In this document: positions 27,763 to 37,711 of the stretch, one piece after another
How the letters are laid out: every line of letters begins with the position of its first letter
Position numbering within the stretch: position 1 is the stretch's first letter
NCBI GenBank assembly: GCA_020441905.1
Contig: JAGRLG010000030.1
Location: 20,970 to 84,969 of the forward strand
Direction of reading: 5' to 3'
Origin: Rhodobiaceae bacterium
Lineage (GTDB): Bacteria > Pseudomonadota > Alphaproteobacteria > Rhizobiales > NORP267
DNA: 64,000 nt
Program-made: the position numbers and the translations under genes
Notes under the pieces: model-generated
Seen by the model: only the letters and a program-made list of their open reading frames with translations
What the model was told of the DNA's origin: nothing
Database searches by the model: none

Positions 27763-28941
27763 ATGGCGCTCAGCAAATATATCCAGGTCAGGCGGGTCGA
27801 GGGTCAGTCCAGCCGTCAGGCCCATTGCGATCTGCCGGAAGGAACGTTCGAGCGCGAACTTGGCAAGGAAGGGTTTTTCGGCCCCGCGGCGATGATGTAC
27901 CACGCCCATCCGCCCACCGGCTGGACAAGCTGGGACGGGCCTTTGCGCCCGCGCGCCTTCGACCTCGTCAAGCTGGAACAGACCCCAAGCTTCTGGGACG
28001 CGCCGATGGTGCTCTACAATGCCAGCGTGCGCATGCGCCAGTGGCGTTTCGAGGGCAAGATGGATCATCTGGTGCGCAATGGCGATGGCGACGAATTGCT
28101 GTTCGTCCATGGCGGGTCAGGTTCGCTGTTCTGCGATTATGGGCACATGCCCTTCACCGCCGGCGACTACATCGTCCTGCCGCGCGCTACCATGTGGCGT
28201 ATGGAAACCAGCGCCCCGGTGACCCTGCTGGCGATCGAAAACACCAATGGCACCTATATGCTGCCGGAGCGCGGCATTGTCGGCAAACATGCCATCTTCG
28301 ACGAAGCCATTCTCGACACGCCTCAGATCGACGACGCCTTCCGCGCCCAGCAGGACGAGAAGGAGTGGCACGTCCACATCAAGCGCCGCAATGCCATCTC
28401 GACCGTGGTCTATCCCTTCAATCCGCTCGATGCCGTCGGCTGGCAGGGCGACCTGGCGCCGGTCAAGCTCAATGTGCGCGATATCCGCCCGCTGATGAGC
28501 CACCGTTTCCACCTGCCGCCCTCGGCCCATTCCACCTGGGTCGGCAACCGCTTCGTCATTTGCACCTTTGTGCCTCGCCCCTTCGAAAGCGACCCCGGCG
28601 CTCTCAAGGTGCCATTTTTCCACAACAATGACGATTATGACGAAGTCATTTTCTACCATGCCGGCGATTTCTTCAGCCGCGACAACATCCATCCCGGCAT
28701 GATGACCTGGCATCCCTGCGGCTTTACCCACGGCCCGCACCCCAAGGCGCTTGCGCGCATGTTCGAGCAGGCCAAGCCGGCGACCGACGAATATGCCGTC
28801 ATGCTCGACACCCGCGATGGCCTGGAAATGGGCGATGGCGCGGCCTCGGTCGAATGGACGGGCTATTCGGAAAGCTGGAAGACCGGCGAGCCGGTCAAGG
28901 CGCCCTCCATCGCCAAGGCCAAGGCACAGGCCGCCGAATAG
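27763..28941 (+). CDS. Homogentisate 1,2-dioxygenase family protein (short ~390-aa form)
   Basis: GGGAGG RBS. GKEGFFGPAAMMYHAHPPTGW and DGDELLFVHGGSGSLFCDYGHMPFTAGDYIVLPRATMWRME match the HGD core as I recall it. Neighbouring FAH and maiA genes support the call. Confidence 0.75.
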   Translation: MALSKYIQVRRVEGQSSRQAHCDLPEGTFERELGKEGFFGPAAMMYHAHPPTGWTSWDGPLRPRAFDLVKLEQTPSFWDAPMVLYNASVRMRQWRFEGKMDHLVRNGDGDELLFVHGGSGSLFCDYGHMPFTAGDYIVLPRATMWRMETSAPVTLLAIENTNGTYMLPERGIVGKHAIFDEAILDTPQIDDAFRAQQDEKEWHVHIKRRNAISTVVYPFNPLDAVGWQGDLAPVKLNVRDIRPLMSHRFHLPPSAHSTWVGNRFVICTFVPRPFESDPGALKVPFFHNNDDYDEVIFYHAGDFFSRDNIHPGMMTWHPCGFTHGPHPKALARMFEQAKPATDEYAVMLDTRDGLEMGDGAASVEWTGYSESWKTGEPVKAPSIAKAKAQAAE

Positions 28942-28987
28942 CAGCGGCCGAGCGGCCGGCATTTTTTCTGAGAGGATTTCCACGCCG

Positions 28988-30004
28988 ATGAAACTCGCCA
29001 GTTTGAACGACGGCACCCGCGATGGGCAGCTTGTCGTCGTTTCCTCCGATCTCGCCCGCTTCACCCCCGCCGGAACGGTCGCCAGCACCCTTCAGGACGC
29101 TCTCGATAACTGGGTGCAGGCGGCGCCGGCGCTGGGAAAACTCGGCCAGGAACTCGATCTTGGCATGATCGCCGGTACGCCATTTGATGAGGGTGCGGCG
29201 CTGTCGCCGCTGCCGCGCGCCTATCAGTGGGCGGACGGTTCGGCCTATGTCAATCACGTCGACCTGGTGCGCCGGGCCCGCGGCGCCGAATTGCCGAAGA
29301 GCTTCTGGACCGACCCGCTGATGTATCAGGGCGGCGCCGATGCCTTCCTTGCCCCCCGTGCGCCGGTCGTTCTGGCGCAGGAGGAGTGGGGCATTGATTT
29401 CGAGGCCGAAATCGCTGTCATCACCGACGACGTGCCGATGGGCGTTTCCCCAGGGGCGGCCGGCGCCCATATCAAGCTGGTCATGCTGGTCAACGACGTC
29501 AGCCTGCGCAACCTGATCCCGGGCGAACTGGCCAAGGGCTTCGGCTTTTTCCAGTCCAAGCCATCATCGGCCTTTTCCCCGGTGGCGGTCACCCCGGACG
29601 AGCTGGGAGCTGCCTGGGATGGCGGCAAGCTGGCGCTGCCCCTGGTCAGCCGGCTCAATGGCGAGGTCTTTGGCAGGCCGCGGGCCGATATCGACATGAC
29701 CTTCGATTTTCCCGCCCTGATTGCCCATGCCGCCAGGACCCGCCCGCTTGGCGCCGGCTGCATTATCGGCTCGGGCACGGTGTCGAACCGGCTCGATGGC
29801 GGACCGGGCAAGCCGGTTGCCGATGGCGGCGCGGGCTATTCCTGCATCGCCGAGCAGCGCATGGTCGAGACCATCAACAGCGGCGAACCCACAACGCCTT
29901 TCCTGCGGTTCGGCGACAAGGTGCGCATAGAAATGGTTGATGAAACCGGTGCCTCGATTTTCGGCGCCATCGAGCAGGAGGTCGTGAAATATACCGGCCC
30001 CTGA
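28988..30004 (+). CDS. Fumarylacetoacetate hydrolase (FAH) family protein
   Basis: Start at MKLASLNDGTRDGQLVVVSSDL. DFEAEIAVI and NDVSLRNL motifs of FAH-fold hydrolases. Confidence 0.8.
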   Translation: MKLASLNDGTRDGQLVVVSSDLARFTPAGTVASTLQDALDNWVQAAPALGKLGQELDLGMIAGTPFDEGAALSPLPRAYQWADGSAYVNHVDLVRRARGAELPKSFWTDPLMYQGGADAFLAPRAPVVLAQEEWGIDFEAEIAVITDDVPMGVSPGAAGAHIKLVMLVNDVSLRNLIPGELAKGFGFFQSKPSSAFSPVAVTPDELGAAWDGGKLALPLVSRLNGEVFGRPRADIDMTFDFPALIAHAARTRPLGAGCIIGSGTVSNRLDGGPGKPVADGGAGYSCIAEQRMVETINSGEPTTPFLRFGDKVRIEMVDETGASIFGAIEQEVVKYTGP

Positions 30005-30015
30005 CCGGCCCCTGA
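29994..30015 (+). repeat. 11-nt tandem duplication (CCGGCCCCTGA x2, plus partial third) that includes the FAH stop codon
   Basis: Copies at 29994-30004 and 30005-30015, followed by CCGGC. Confidence 0.9.
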
Positions 30016-30186
30016 CCGGCGCGCCGCCGGGGGCACCGTATTCGCTAGGGAAACAATGTGTTTCCGTGGCCGCTCTCTAATATCGGCTCGCCCGCGCCTA
30101 TCTTTGCCCTGAAGCATGGGTCCGGACCGCGCCTGCATCGGTGCCGGCGGGCCGGCGTGCACGGCGCGCAGACAAGGAACGAAAAC

Positions 30187-30648
30187 ATGAACGAAACCAA
30201 CTCACGCCTCATCATTCCCGCCCTTGGCGGCATCTATTCCGCTCTGGGCTGGCTGGCCGAGCCGCTGCTGCGCGTCATTGTCGGGATCAGCCTGGTGCCC
30301 CATGGCGCGCAGAAACTGTTCGGCATGTTCGGCGGCGGCGGCCTTTCCGGCACCGGCATGTTCCTGGAAAAGGTTGGCTACACGCCGGGCGAGTTCTGGG
30401 CCCTGGCGATCGGCTGCGTCGAGTTTTTCGGCGGCATCGCCCTGGCGCTTGGCCTGCTGACCCGTCCTGTCGCCTTCGCCGTGGCGGTGTTCATGGCGGT
30501 TGCCGTCTCGTTCCACCTGGGCAAGGGCTTTTTCTGGACCGGCGGCGGCTATGAATATCCCCTGATGTGGGGCATCGCCGCCTTGTTCTTCGTGCTGCGC
30601 GGCGCCGGTCCGCTGTCGCTCGATGCCAGGATCGGCCGCGAGTTCTGA
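30187..30648 (+). CDS. DoxX-family membrane protein
   Basis: Start at MNETNSRL. Four helices with LVPHGAQKLFGMFGGGG and the GG.EY motif typical of DoxX. Confidence 0.75.
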   Translation: MNETNSRLIIPALGGIYSALGWLAEPLLRVIVGISLVPHGAQKLFGMFGGGGLSGTGMFLEKVGYTPGEFWALAIGCVEFFGGIALALGLLTRPVAFAVAVFMAVAVSFHLGKGFFWTGGGYEYPLMWGIAALFFVLRGAGPLSLDARIGREF

Positions 30649-30709
30649 TCCGCCACATGCTTTCCCCCCGGGGGTTGCTCCGGGGCAATGATCCGTGGCG
30701 CAAGAAAAT

Positions 30710-30745
30710 GGGCCCGGTCCACTAGGGACCGGGCCCTTCTAATTC
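30710..30745 (+). terminator. Rho-independent terminator after doxX
   Basis: GGGCCCGGTCC, loop ACTAG, GGACCGGGCCC (11-bp stem, 30710-30736), followed by TTCTAATTC. Confidence 0.8.
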
Positions 30746-31184
30746 ATGCCGGCCGTCCGGGGGGCTGGCACATGTGGCCGGCATGGTTGTATCGAGAGCC
30801 GGTGGCGGGTCCATGGGGGCTGGGTTGACCGCCAATAAGACCCTTCATTTGCCCGATGGGTCTTGCCGGACTCTTTTCTACAATGGCGCCACTATCGCGC
30901 ATCTGAATTGAACCGCCCCTGAAGCCCCCGTTCATCCCCCGTTCAGCTTGCCGACCGCCGCTCGGGCTGCCGGCGCAAACCCGCAGTCAGCGGTTTTCTC
31001 GAGTTAACTTTAACGCCGGTCCCGGCGCACTCCGCCGCGCCGCCGCCGGTCCGGCCAGACGCCGATCGGCCGCACCTCTGGCCGGCCCGGGCGCTATGCC
31101 GGTATCGCGGCTCGCGAGTTGTTGAGTTCTTGCTGCGGCAACAGGTCGCTTGGCCATTCGCCGGGCCGCGAAATCCGCCGGCAA

Positions 31185-31320
31185 AAAACAGATAACATAT
31201 TGAAAGATAATGGAAAATTGTAAATCAATCAAATTATGGAAAAAGAAAACTATTGTATAATTCGATATTTGTTGGCACATAACTGGGGTGGGCTGGTATT
31301 TTTACGGTCTGTTATGATAC
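31185..31320. other. AT-rich island inside an ~890-bp non-coding region
   Basis: Runs such as AAAAAACAGATAACATATTGAAAGATAATGGAAAATTGTAAATCAATCAAATTATGGAAAAAGAAAACTATTGTATAATTCGATATTT contrast sharply with the GC-rich surroundings. No credible ORF. Confidence 0.8.
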
Positions 31321-31539
31321 GGAATGGCGTTGCAATTTGCGGCGAGTTGTAACATAAGGGCGCGGTCAAATGCCGGTATGAGGCGGCCTTTGGCATGCAG
31401 ATTTTGCAGGGGGATATAACCAAAGATTATTATTCCGTTGCATCCCGCTCGGACTATTGTTTCACTTCACGGGGCGTTGCCGGCCGATCCAAACAAGAAG
31501 CTCGGGGCACGGCGCGCAATTGTAGAAAGGGAGGAATGA

Positions 31540-32562
31540 ATGCGTATCAATAAACTCTTTATCGGTGTGGCGACGGTAGCGACCGGCCTGGCACTCGGTT
31601 CGCTTCAGGCGTCGGCACAGACGGTCATGAAGTTCTCGAGCTGGCTCAGCCCGAAACATGCGGTTAACGCGGTCGTCTATCCGACCTGGATCGCCGCCAT
31701 CGAGAAAGCAACCAATGGCCGGGTGACCGGCAAGATCGAATACAATCTTGCACCGCCCCCGGGCCAGATCGATCTCATCCAGGACGGCACCGCGGACGTC
31801 GCGTGGAGCTTCCACGGCTACAATCCGGGCCGTTTCATCACCACCAAGTTGATCGAGGTTCCCGGCCTGCCGGGCGATGCCGAGGCCGCTTCTGTCGCCG
31901 CCTGGCGCGCTTACGAGAAGTTCTTCGCCAAGAATGGCGAGCACAAGGGCGTCTATCTCGCGGGTATCATGACCCATGGTCCGGGCCAGACCCATATGCG
32001 CGAGCCGATCAGCAAGCTCGAAGATTTCAAGGGCAAGAAGATCCGTATCGGCGGCGGCATGTCGGCTGACGTGGCCGAGGCGCTCGGCGTTGTCGGCGTC
32101 CAGGTTCCGGCTCCCAAGGTTTATGAAACCCTGTCTCAGGGCGTTGCCGATGGCGTCTGGATGCCGATGGAAACCAACCAGAGCCTGCGCCTGTTCGAAG
32201 TCGCGCCCTATACGACGCTGATGCCGGGCGGCCTCTATCGCGGCTCCTTCGGCCTCTTCATGAGCGAGTCTTTCCTCAACAAGCTGTCAGAAGAAGACCG
32301 TAAGGCTGTTCTGTCCACGACCGGCGAGGAACTGTCCCGCATGGCCGGGCGCGCCTGGGCCGATGCCGACATCGGCGGCCTGGAAAACGCCAAGAAGACC
32401 GCCAAGGCGGTGACCGAGTTCTCGCCCGAGGAAGCGGCGAAGTTCAAGGCCATTGCCGACAAGGTTCGCGCCAAGGTCGTGGCCGAGGTTGCCGCCACTG
32501 GCGTCGACGCCGAAGCGGCGCTGAAGTTCATCGAAGAAACGATGGCGAATTACGGCAAATGA
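31540..32562 (+). CDS. TRAP transporter substrate-binding protein (DctP family)
   Basis: GGGAGG RBS, signal peptide (..SLQASAQT), about 340 aa, followed by Q and M subunits. Confidence 0.85.
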   Translation: MRINKLFIGVATVATGLALGSLQASAQTVMKFSSWLSPKHAVNAVVYPTWIAAIEKATNGRVTGKIEYNLAPPPGQIDLIQDGTADVAWSFHGYNPGRFITTKLIEVPGLPGDAEAASVAAWRAYEKFFAKNGEHKGVYLAGIMTHGPGQTHMREPISKLEDFKGKKIRIGGGMSADVAEALGVVGVQVPAPKVYETLSQGVADGVWMPMETNQSLRLFEVAPYTTLMPGGLYRGSFGLFMSESFLNKLSEEDRKAVLSTTGEELSRMAGRAWADADIGGLENAKKTAKAVTEFSPEEAAKFKAIADKVRAKVVAEVAATGVDAEAALKFIEETMANYGK

Positions 32563-33128
32563 GCCACAAGGCCGATCAACTAGATCGGGCGATCTCACGT
32601 GTCGAGCGGGCCGGCCAATTGCTGGCCCGCTTAACACTGGCGCTCGGTGCCCTGACGCTGCTGGCCATGCTGGCATTGACGGTGGCTGACGTCTTCGGCC
32701 GCTACCTCCTCAATGCTCCGATCAACGGCGCCAACGAATTGCTGCGCTTCCTCATTGGCGGCGTCATATTTTTGGCATTGCCGGTGGTCAGCACCACGGA
32801 TGAACAGATCACCGTCGATCTGCTCGACCATCTCTATTCGGAACGCGTGGCCGCGATACGGCAACTGATCGTCGATGTCATTGCCGCGGGCGCGCTCTTT
32901 GTTCTCGCCGACTGGATCGTCTTCCGCGCCGACCGCCTGGTGAGATACGGCTATGTCAGCGACTTCCTGCACCTTCCACTTGCGCCCATGGCCTATTTCA
33001 TAGCCGCAATGACGGCGATTACCGCGCTGGCGCTGGCGGTCAAGTCAGTTGTCGACGCCATTCTCGTTTTCCATCCCCGGCTCAGCGATCCTTCAGAGCG
33101 CGCGGACAGCCGCAAGATACTGGGCTAG
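32559..33128 (+). CDS. TRAP transporter small permease (DctQ family)
   Basis: ATGA overlap with the upstream gene. Four helices, VADVFGRYLLNAPI motif. Confidence 0.8.
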   Translation: MSHKADQLDRAISRVERAGQLLARLTLALGALTLLAMLALTVADVFGRYLLNAPINGANELLRFLIGGVIFLALPVVSTTDEQITVDLLDHLYSERVAAIRQLIVDVIAAGALFVLADWIVFRADRLVRYGYVSDFLHLPLAPMAYFIAAMTAITALALAVKSVVDAILVFHPRLSDPSERADSRKILG

Positions 33129-33133
33129 CTCTT

Positions 33134-34471
33134 ATGTCCACCGCATTGATCGGATTTGCCTTCGTCCTGGCCCTCGTCTTCCTGCGCATACCGATTGCCT
33201 TCGCCATGGGTATTGTCGGTGTTGTCGGTTTCGCCGCCATCGAGAATTGGAACTGGACCGCTGTGCTCTCGCCGGCGGCGGGTAACCTGCTCGACACTGC
33301 CCAGACCGAAAGCCTGACCGTTATCCCGCTCTTCGTACTCATGGGCATGCTGGTGTCCAAGGCGGGGCTGGCCAACGAGCTCTACCGCGCTTCCTATTCC
33401 TTTATCGGCCACCGCCGCGGCGGCCTTGCCATGGCGACCATCGTCGCCTGCGGCGGATTTTCCGCCATTTGCGGCTCGTCGCTGGCCACCGCCGCCACCA
33501 TGTCCAAGGTGGCGATGCCGCAGATGCGCAAGTTCGGCTATTCGGATTCTTTGGCCACCGCCTCCATCGCGTCCGGCGGCACCCTCGGCATCCTCATCCC
33601 GCCCAGCGTCATCCTCATCATCTACGGCATCATGACCGAGCAGAGCATCGGCAAGCTGTTTCTTGCCGGTATCCTGCCTGGCCTCATCGGCATCCTGTTC
33701 TATCTCGGCGCCGTGCAGTGGACGGTGTTCCGCAAGCCCAATTCCGGGCCAGCCGGCGAGCGCTCGAGCTGGTCAGACCGGCTCGACGCCGTCAAGGACG
33801 TCTGGGGCATCGTGCTGCTGTTCGTCATCGTCCTCGGCGGCATCTATGCCGGTGTCTATACGGTGACGGAGGCCGCCGGCATCGGCGCCGCCGGCGCTCT
33901 CGGCATCGCGCTGCTCAAGCGCAGCATGAGCTGGCATGCCTTCTTCGACGCGCTGCTGACCACCATCCGCACCACCGCCATGCTGTTCACGGTGCTGATC
34001 GGTGCCCAGATCTTCCAGGTCTTTATCGTGCGCACCGGCATGCCCGACGATCTGGTGGTCTTCGTCACCCAGTTCGGCGTCGAGCCGATGCTGGTCATTT
34101 TCCTGATCCTGCTGGTCTATATCGCGCTGGGCTGCGTCTTCGAGAGCCTGTCGATGATGCTGCTCACCGTGCCGGTTTTTGCCCCCGTCGTCGCCTCGCT
34201 GGGCTTTTTCCCCGAATATGCCGGTCAGGTTGGCACCGAACTTTCGCTGATCTGGTTCGGCATCGTCGTTGTCGTGGTCACCGAAATCAGCCTGATCACA
34301 CCGCCGGTTGGCCTCAATGTCTTCGTCCTGCGCGGTGTTCTCGGCGACGTATCCACCGGCACCATTTTCCGCGGTGTGACGCCGTTCTGGATCTTCGACA
34401 TCTTCCGGCTGGCGCTGCTGGTTTTGTTCCCCTGGATCGTGTTGATCGTGCCCTGGACCATGCAGGGCTGA
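33134..34471 (+). CDS. TRAP transporter large permease (DctM family)
   Basis: 445 aa, highly hydrophobic, with GGFSAICGSSLATAATM and GTLGILIPPS motifs. Confidence 0.9.
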   Translation: MSTALIGFAFVLALVFLRIPIAFAMGIVGVVGFAAIENWNWTAVLSPAAGNLLDTAQTESLTVIPLFVLMGMLVSKAGLANELYRASYSFIGHRRGGLAMATIVACGGFSAICGSSLATAATMSKVAMPQMRKFGYSDSLATASIASGGTLGILIPPSVILIIYGIMTEQSIGKLFLAGILPGLIGILFYLGAVQWTVFRKPNSGPAGERSSWSDRLDAVKDVWGIVLLFVIVLGGIYAGVYTVTEAAGIGAAGALGIALLKRSMSWHAFFDALLTTIRTTAMLFTVLIGAQIFQVFIVRTGMPDDLVVFVTQFGVEPMLVIFLILLVYIALGCVFESLSMMLLTVPVFAPVVASLGFFPEYAGQVGTELSLIWFGIVVVVVTEISLITPPVGLNVFVLRGVLGDVSTGTIFRGVTPFWIFDIFRLALLVLFPWIVLIVPWTMQG

Positions 34472-34676
34472 TAATTGCGCTAGCGAGAGGGCGCGGTACT
34501 TGACGCCGCGCCCGTTCCCGCGCATTGTCGCGCCATGAAAACGGCCCCCGCGCTTCGCGCATTCGTCATTTGCACCAAGATTATTTGCAGCTAGCACATA
34601 AGCTGGCTGCGGTCGTTCCTCCTTTCTGCAAAACTCAAGAGCAAGAACGCACCGGCCAGCAGGCAGGAGAAAACAC

Positions 34677-36095
34677 GTGTCCTTGCGGCTTTACAATACG
34701 CTGACGCGAACCAAGGAAGTCCTCAAGCCGCGCGACTGGCGCGCCGGCTCCGGCGTGGCCGAAGCCGATCGCAAGGTGCGGATGTATGTCTGCGGGCCGA
34801 CCGTCTACGACTTCGCCCATATCGGCAATGCCCGCCCCATCATCGTCTTCGACGTGCTCTACCGCCTGCTGCGCCACACCTATGGCGAGGGGCATGTCAA
34901 ATATGTCCGCAACATCACCGACGTCGACGACAAGATCAACGCCCGCGCCGCCGAGGAGCAAGTCGCGATCGACGAGGTGACGGCGCGCACCACGCGCCAG
35001 TTCCATGAGGATATCGCCGCCCTCGGCGCGCTTGCGCCCGACGAGGAACCGCGCGCGACCCGGCACATCGCCGACATGATCGCGATGATCGAAAAGCTGA
35101 TCGAAAACGGCCATGCCTACGCCGCCGACGGCCATGTGCTGTTCGATGTGCCGTCGATGCCGGACTATGGCCGCCTTTCCGGGCGCTCCACCGATGAAAT
35201 GCTTGCCGGCGCCCGCGTCGAGGTCGCGCCCTACAAACGGGACCCCATGGATTTCGTGCTGTGGAAGCCGTCCCCGCCCGAGCTTCCCGGCTGGGACAGC
35301 CCCTGGGGCCGCGGCCGGCCGGGATGGCACATCGAATGCTCGGCGATGTCGGCGAAACATCTTGGTGAGGTCTTCGACATCCATGGCGGCGGCATCGACC
35401 TTGCCTTTCCCCACCATGAGAACGAGATCGCCCAGTCGCGCTGCTGCTTCGGCACCGACACCATGGCCGATATCTGGATGCACAACGGCTATCTCCAGGT
35501 CGAGGGCGAGAAGATGTCGAAAAGCCTCGGCAATTTCATCACCATCCACGACCTGCTGGAAACGCGGGCCTTCGGATCGAGCAAATGGCATGGCTACGTT
35601 CTTCGCCTCGCCATGCTGATGACGCATTACCGCCAGCCGGTTGACTGGACCGTCGACCGGCTGGTCAAGGCCCGCAAGGCCTTGCGCGACTGGATCAACT
35701 GCGCCCAAGGCGCGGGCGGCGAGTCAGGCGGGCCGGCGGACGAAATTGTCGGCGCGCTACAGGACGACCTCAACACCGCCCAAGTGGTGGCTGTCCTGCA
35801 CCGCCTGTGCCGCCGCGCGGCGGCTGGCGATGGCGAGGCTGCCCGGCAACTGGCTTCCTCCTTGCGCTTTCTCGGCATCTGGAATGGCGAGGCGGCCGAA
35901 GAAATATATGGCTACGGCCATGAGGCGGCTCCTATTGCCGAATCTGAAATCAATTCCCTCATCGCCGCGCGCGCCGATGCCCGCAAGGCCAGGGATTTTG
36001 CCGCGGCGGACCGTATTCGCGATGAACTGACGGGGCTTGGTGTGACCATCATGGACCGTCCTGACGGCACGACAGACTGGGAGAGGGCGCAATGA
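34677..36095 (+). CDS. cysS: Cysteine--tRNA ligase
   Basis: GTG start. [18 protein letters not shown] (HIGH), [26 protein letters not shown]. Confidence 0.9.
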   Translation: MSLRLYNTLTRTKEVLKPRDWRAGSGVAEADRKVRMYVCGPTVYDFAHIGNARPIIVFDVLYRLLRHTYGEGHVKYVRNITDVDDKINARAAEEQVAIDEVTARTTRQFHEDIAALGALAPDEEPRATRHIADMIAMIEKLIENGHAYAADGHVLFDVPSMPDYGRLSGRSTDEMLAGARVEVAPYKRDPMDFVLWKPSPPELPGWDSPWGRGRPGWHIECSAMSAKHLGEVFDIHGGGIDLAFPHHENEIAQSRCCFGTDTMADIWMHNGYLQVEGEKMSKSLGNFITIHDLLETRAFGSSKWHGYVLRLAMLMTHYRQPVDWTVDRLVKARKALRDWINCAQGAGGESGGPADEIVGALQDDLNTAQVVAVLHRLCRRAAAGDGEAARQLASSLRFLGIWNGEAAEEIYGYGHEAAPIAESEINSLIAARADARKARDFAAADRIRDELTGLGVTIMDRPDGTTDWERAQ

Positions 36096-37711
36096 GCAGC
36101 GCAAAAAACGGCGCAAAGGAACGCTTGTATCTCTTCGACACCACCTTGCGCGACGGCGCCCAGACCAACGGCGTCGATTTTTCGCTCGAGGACAAGATGA
36201 TCATCGCCGGCATGCTCGATGAGCTTGGCATCGACTATATCGAGGGCGGATATCCGGGTGCCAACCCCACCGACAGCCAGTTCTTCGACAAGCGGCCGAA
36301 GTTGAAAAACGCCCGCTTCACCGCTTTCGGCATGACCAAGCGGGCGGGGCGCTCGGCCTCCAACGACCCCGGTTTTGCCGCCGTTTCCAAAGCCAATTGC
36401 GATGCCGTCTGCATGGTCGCCAAGAGCTGGGATTTCCATGTCCGCGTTGCTCTCGGCATTTCCAACGAGGAAAACCTCGACTCGATCCGCGAGTCGGTGC
36501 GCGCGGTCGCCGAAACGGGGCGCGAGCCGATGATCGACTGCGAGCATTTCTTCGACGGCTACAAGGCCAACCCGGACTATGCCCTGTCCTGTGCCAGGGC
36601 GGCGCTGGAAGCCGGCGCGCGCTGGATCGTGCTTTGCGACACCAATGGCGGCTCGATGCCCGACGAGGTCGAGCGCATTGTCTCGCAAGTTGCCGCTCAC
36701 ATTCCCGGCGAGCGCCTCGGCATCCACACCCATAACGACACCGAAAACGCGGTCGCCAACACCCTGGCCGCGGTGCGTGCCGGCGTGCGCCAGGTTCAGG
36801 GCACGCTGAACGGTCTGGGCGAGCGTTGCGGCAACGCCAATCTGACTTCGCTGATTCCAACCCTGATGCTCAAGGAGCCGTTCAGGAGCCGGTTTGAAAC
36901 CGGCGTTACGCCCGAAGCCCTGACGCGGCTGTCGTCATTGTCGCGCCAGCTCGACGAATTGCTAAACCACGCGCCAAATCGCCACGCGCCCTATGTTGGC
37001 GAAGCCGCTTTTGCCCATAAGGGCGGAATTCACGTCTCAGCGGTGGAAAAGGATCCCTCGACCTATGAGCATGTGCCTCCGGAGGCCGTCGGCAACCGGC
37101 GCCATACCCTGGTTTCCGACCAGGCCGGGCGCTCGAATATCCTCGCGGAACTGCGCCGCCTTGGCGTCGATCACGGCAAGGATGCCGATTTCGTTCCCCG
37201 GCTGCTCGACGAAGTGAAGAACCGGGAGGCCAGCGGCTATGCCTATGAGGGCGCCGACGCCTCCTTTGTCATTCTCGCCCGCCGCCTGCTCGGGCAGGTG
37301 CCCAAATTCTTCGACGTCAAGAGCTTCCGCGTCATGGTCGAGCGCCGCTTCAATGCCCTCGGCGAGGCGGTGACCGTTTCGGAAGCCACCGTCAAGGTGG
37401 CGGTGGACGGTCAGAGCATGATGTCGGTGGGCGAGGGCGTCGGCCCGGTGCATGCGCTCGATATCGCCTTGCGCAAGGATCTTGGCAAATACCAGACCTA
37501 TATCGAGGACCTTGAACTGGTCGATTTCAAGGTGCGCATTCTCAACGGCGGCACCGGCGCCGTGACGCGGGTGCTGATCGAAAGCAGCGACAGCAAGGGC
37601 GAACGTTGGTTCACCGTCGGCGTGTCGCCCAATATCGTCGATGCCTCGTTTCAGGCGCTGCTGGACTCGATCAACTACAAATTGCTCAAGGAAGGCGCGC
37701 CGGCACCCTGA
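36092..37711 (+). CDS. cimA: Citramalate synthase (LeuA/CimA family, long form)
   Basis: ATGA overlap with cys[43 protein letters not shown]-terminal regulatory domain. About 539 aa, as in CimA-type enzymes. Confidence 0.8.
   Translation: MSSAKNGAKERLYLFDTTLRDGAQTNGVDFSLEDKMIIAGMLDELGIDYIEGGYPGANPTDSQFFDKRPKLKNARFTAFGMTKRAGRSASNDPGFAAVSKANCDAVCMVAKSWDFHVRVALGISNEENLDSIRESVRAVAETGREPMIDCEHFFDGYKANPDYALSCARAALEAGARWIVLCDTNGGSMPDEVERIVSQVAAHIPGERLGIHTHNDTENAVANTLAAVRAGVRQVQGTLNGLGERCGNANLTSLIPTLMLKEPFRSRFETGVTPEALTRLSSLSRQLDELLNHAPNRHAPYVGEAAFAHKGGIHVSAVEKDPSTYEHVPPEAVGNRRHTLVSDQAGRSNILAELRRLGVDHGKDADFVPRLLDEVKNREASGYAYEGADASFVILARRLLGQVPKFFDVKSFRVMVERRFNALGEAVTVSEATVKVAVDGQSMMSVGEGVGPVHALDIALRKDLGKYQTYIEDLELVDFKVRILNGGTGAVTRVLIESSDSKGERWFTVGVSPNIVDASFQALLDSINYKLLKEGAPAP

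Noticed and set aside
30987-31280. 97-aa ORF on the minus strand crossing the AT-rich island. A similar 63-aa ORF lies at 30744-30935.
   Set aside because: No RBS and no motifs, and the composition switches from AT-rich nonsense-like (FFFHNLIDLQFSIIFQY) to GC-rich Arg/Ala/Pro. This is not consistent with a real protein.
31273-31340. Sigma-54-like promoter motifs upstream of the TRAP operon (TGGCAC-N5-TGGG at 31273-31288; TGGCGT-N6-TTGC at 31325-31340)
   Set aside because: The first lacks the conserved -12 GC. The second has GG-to-GC spacing one nucleotide too long. No EBP/NtrC-type regulator gene is nearby.
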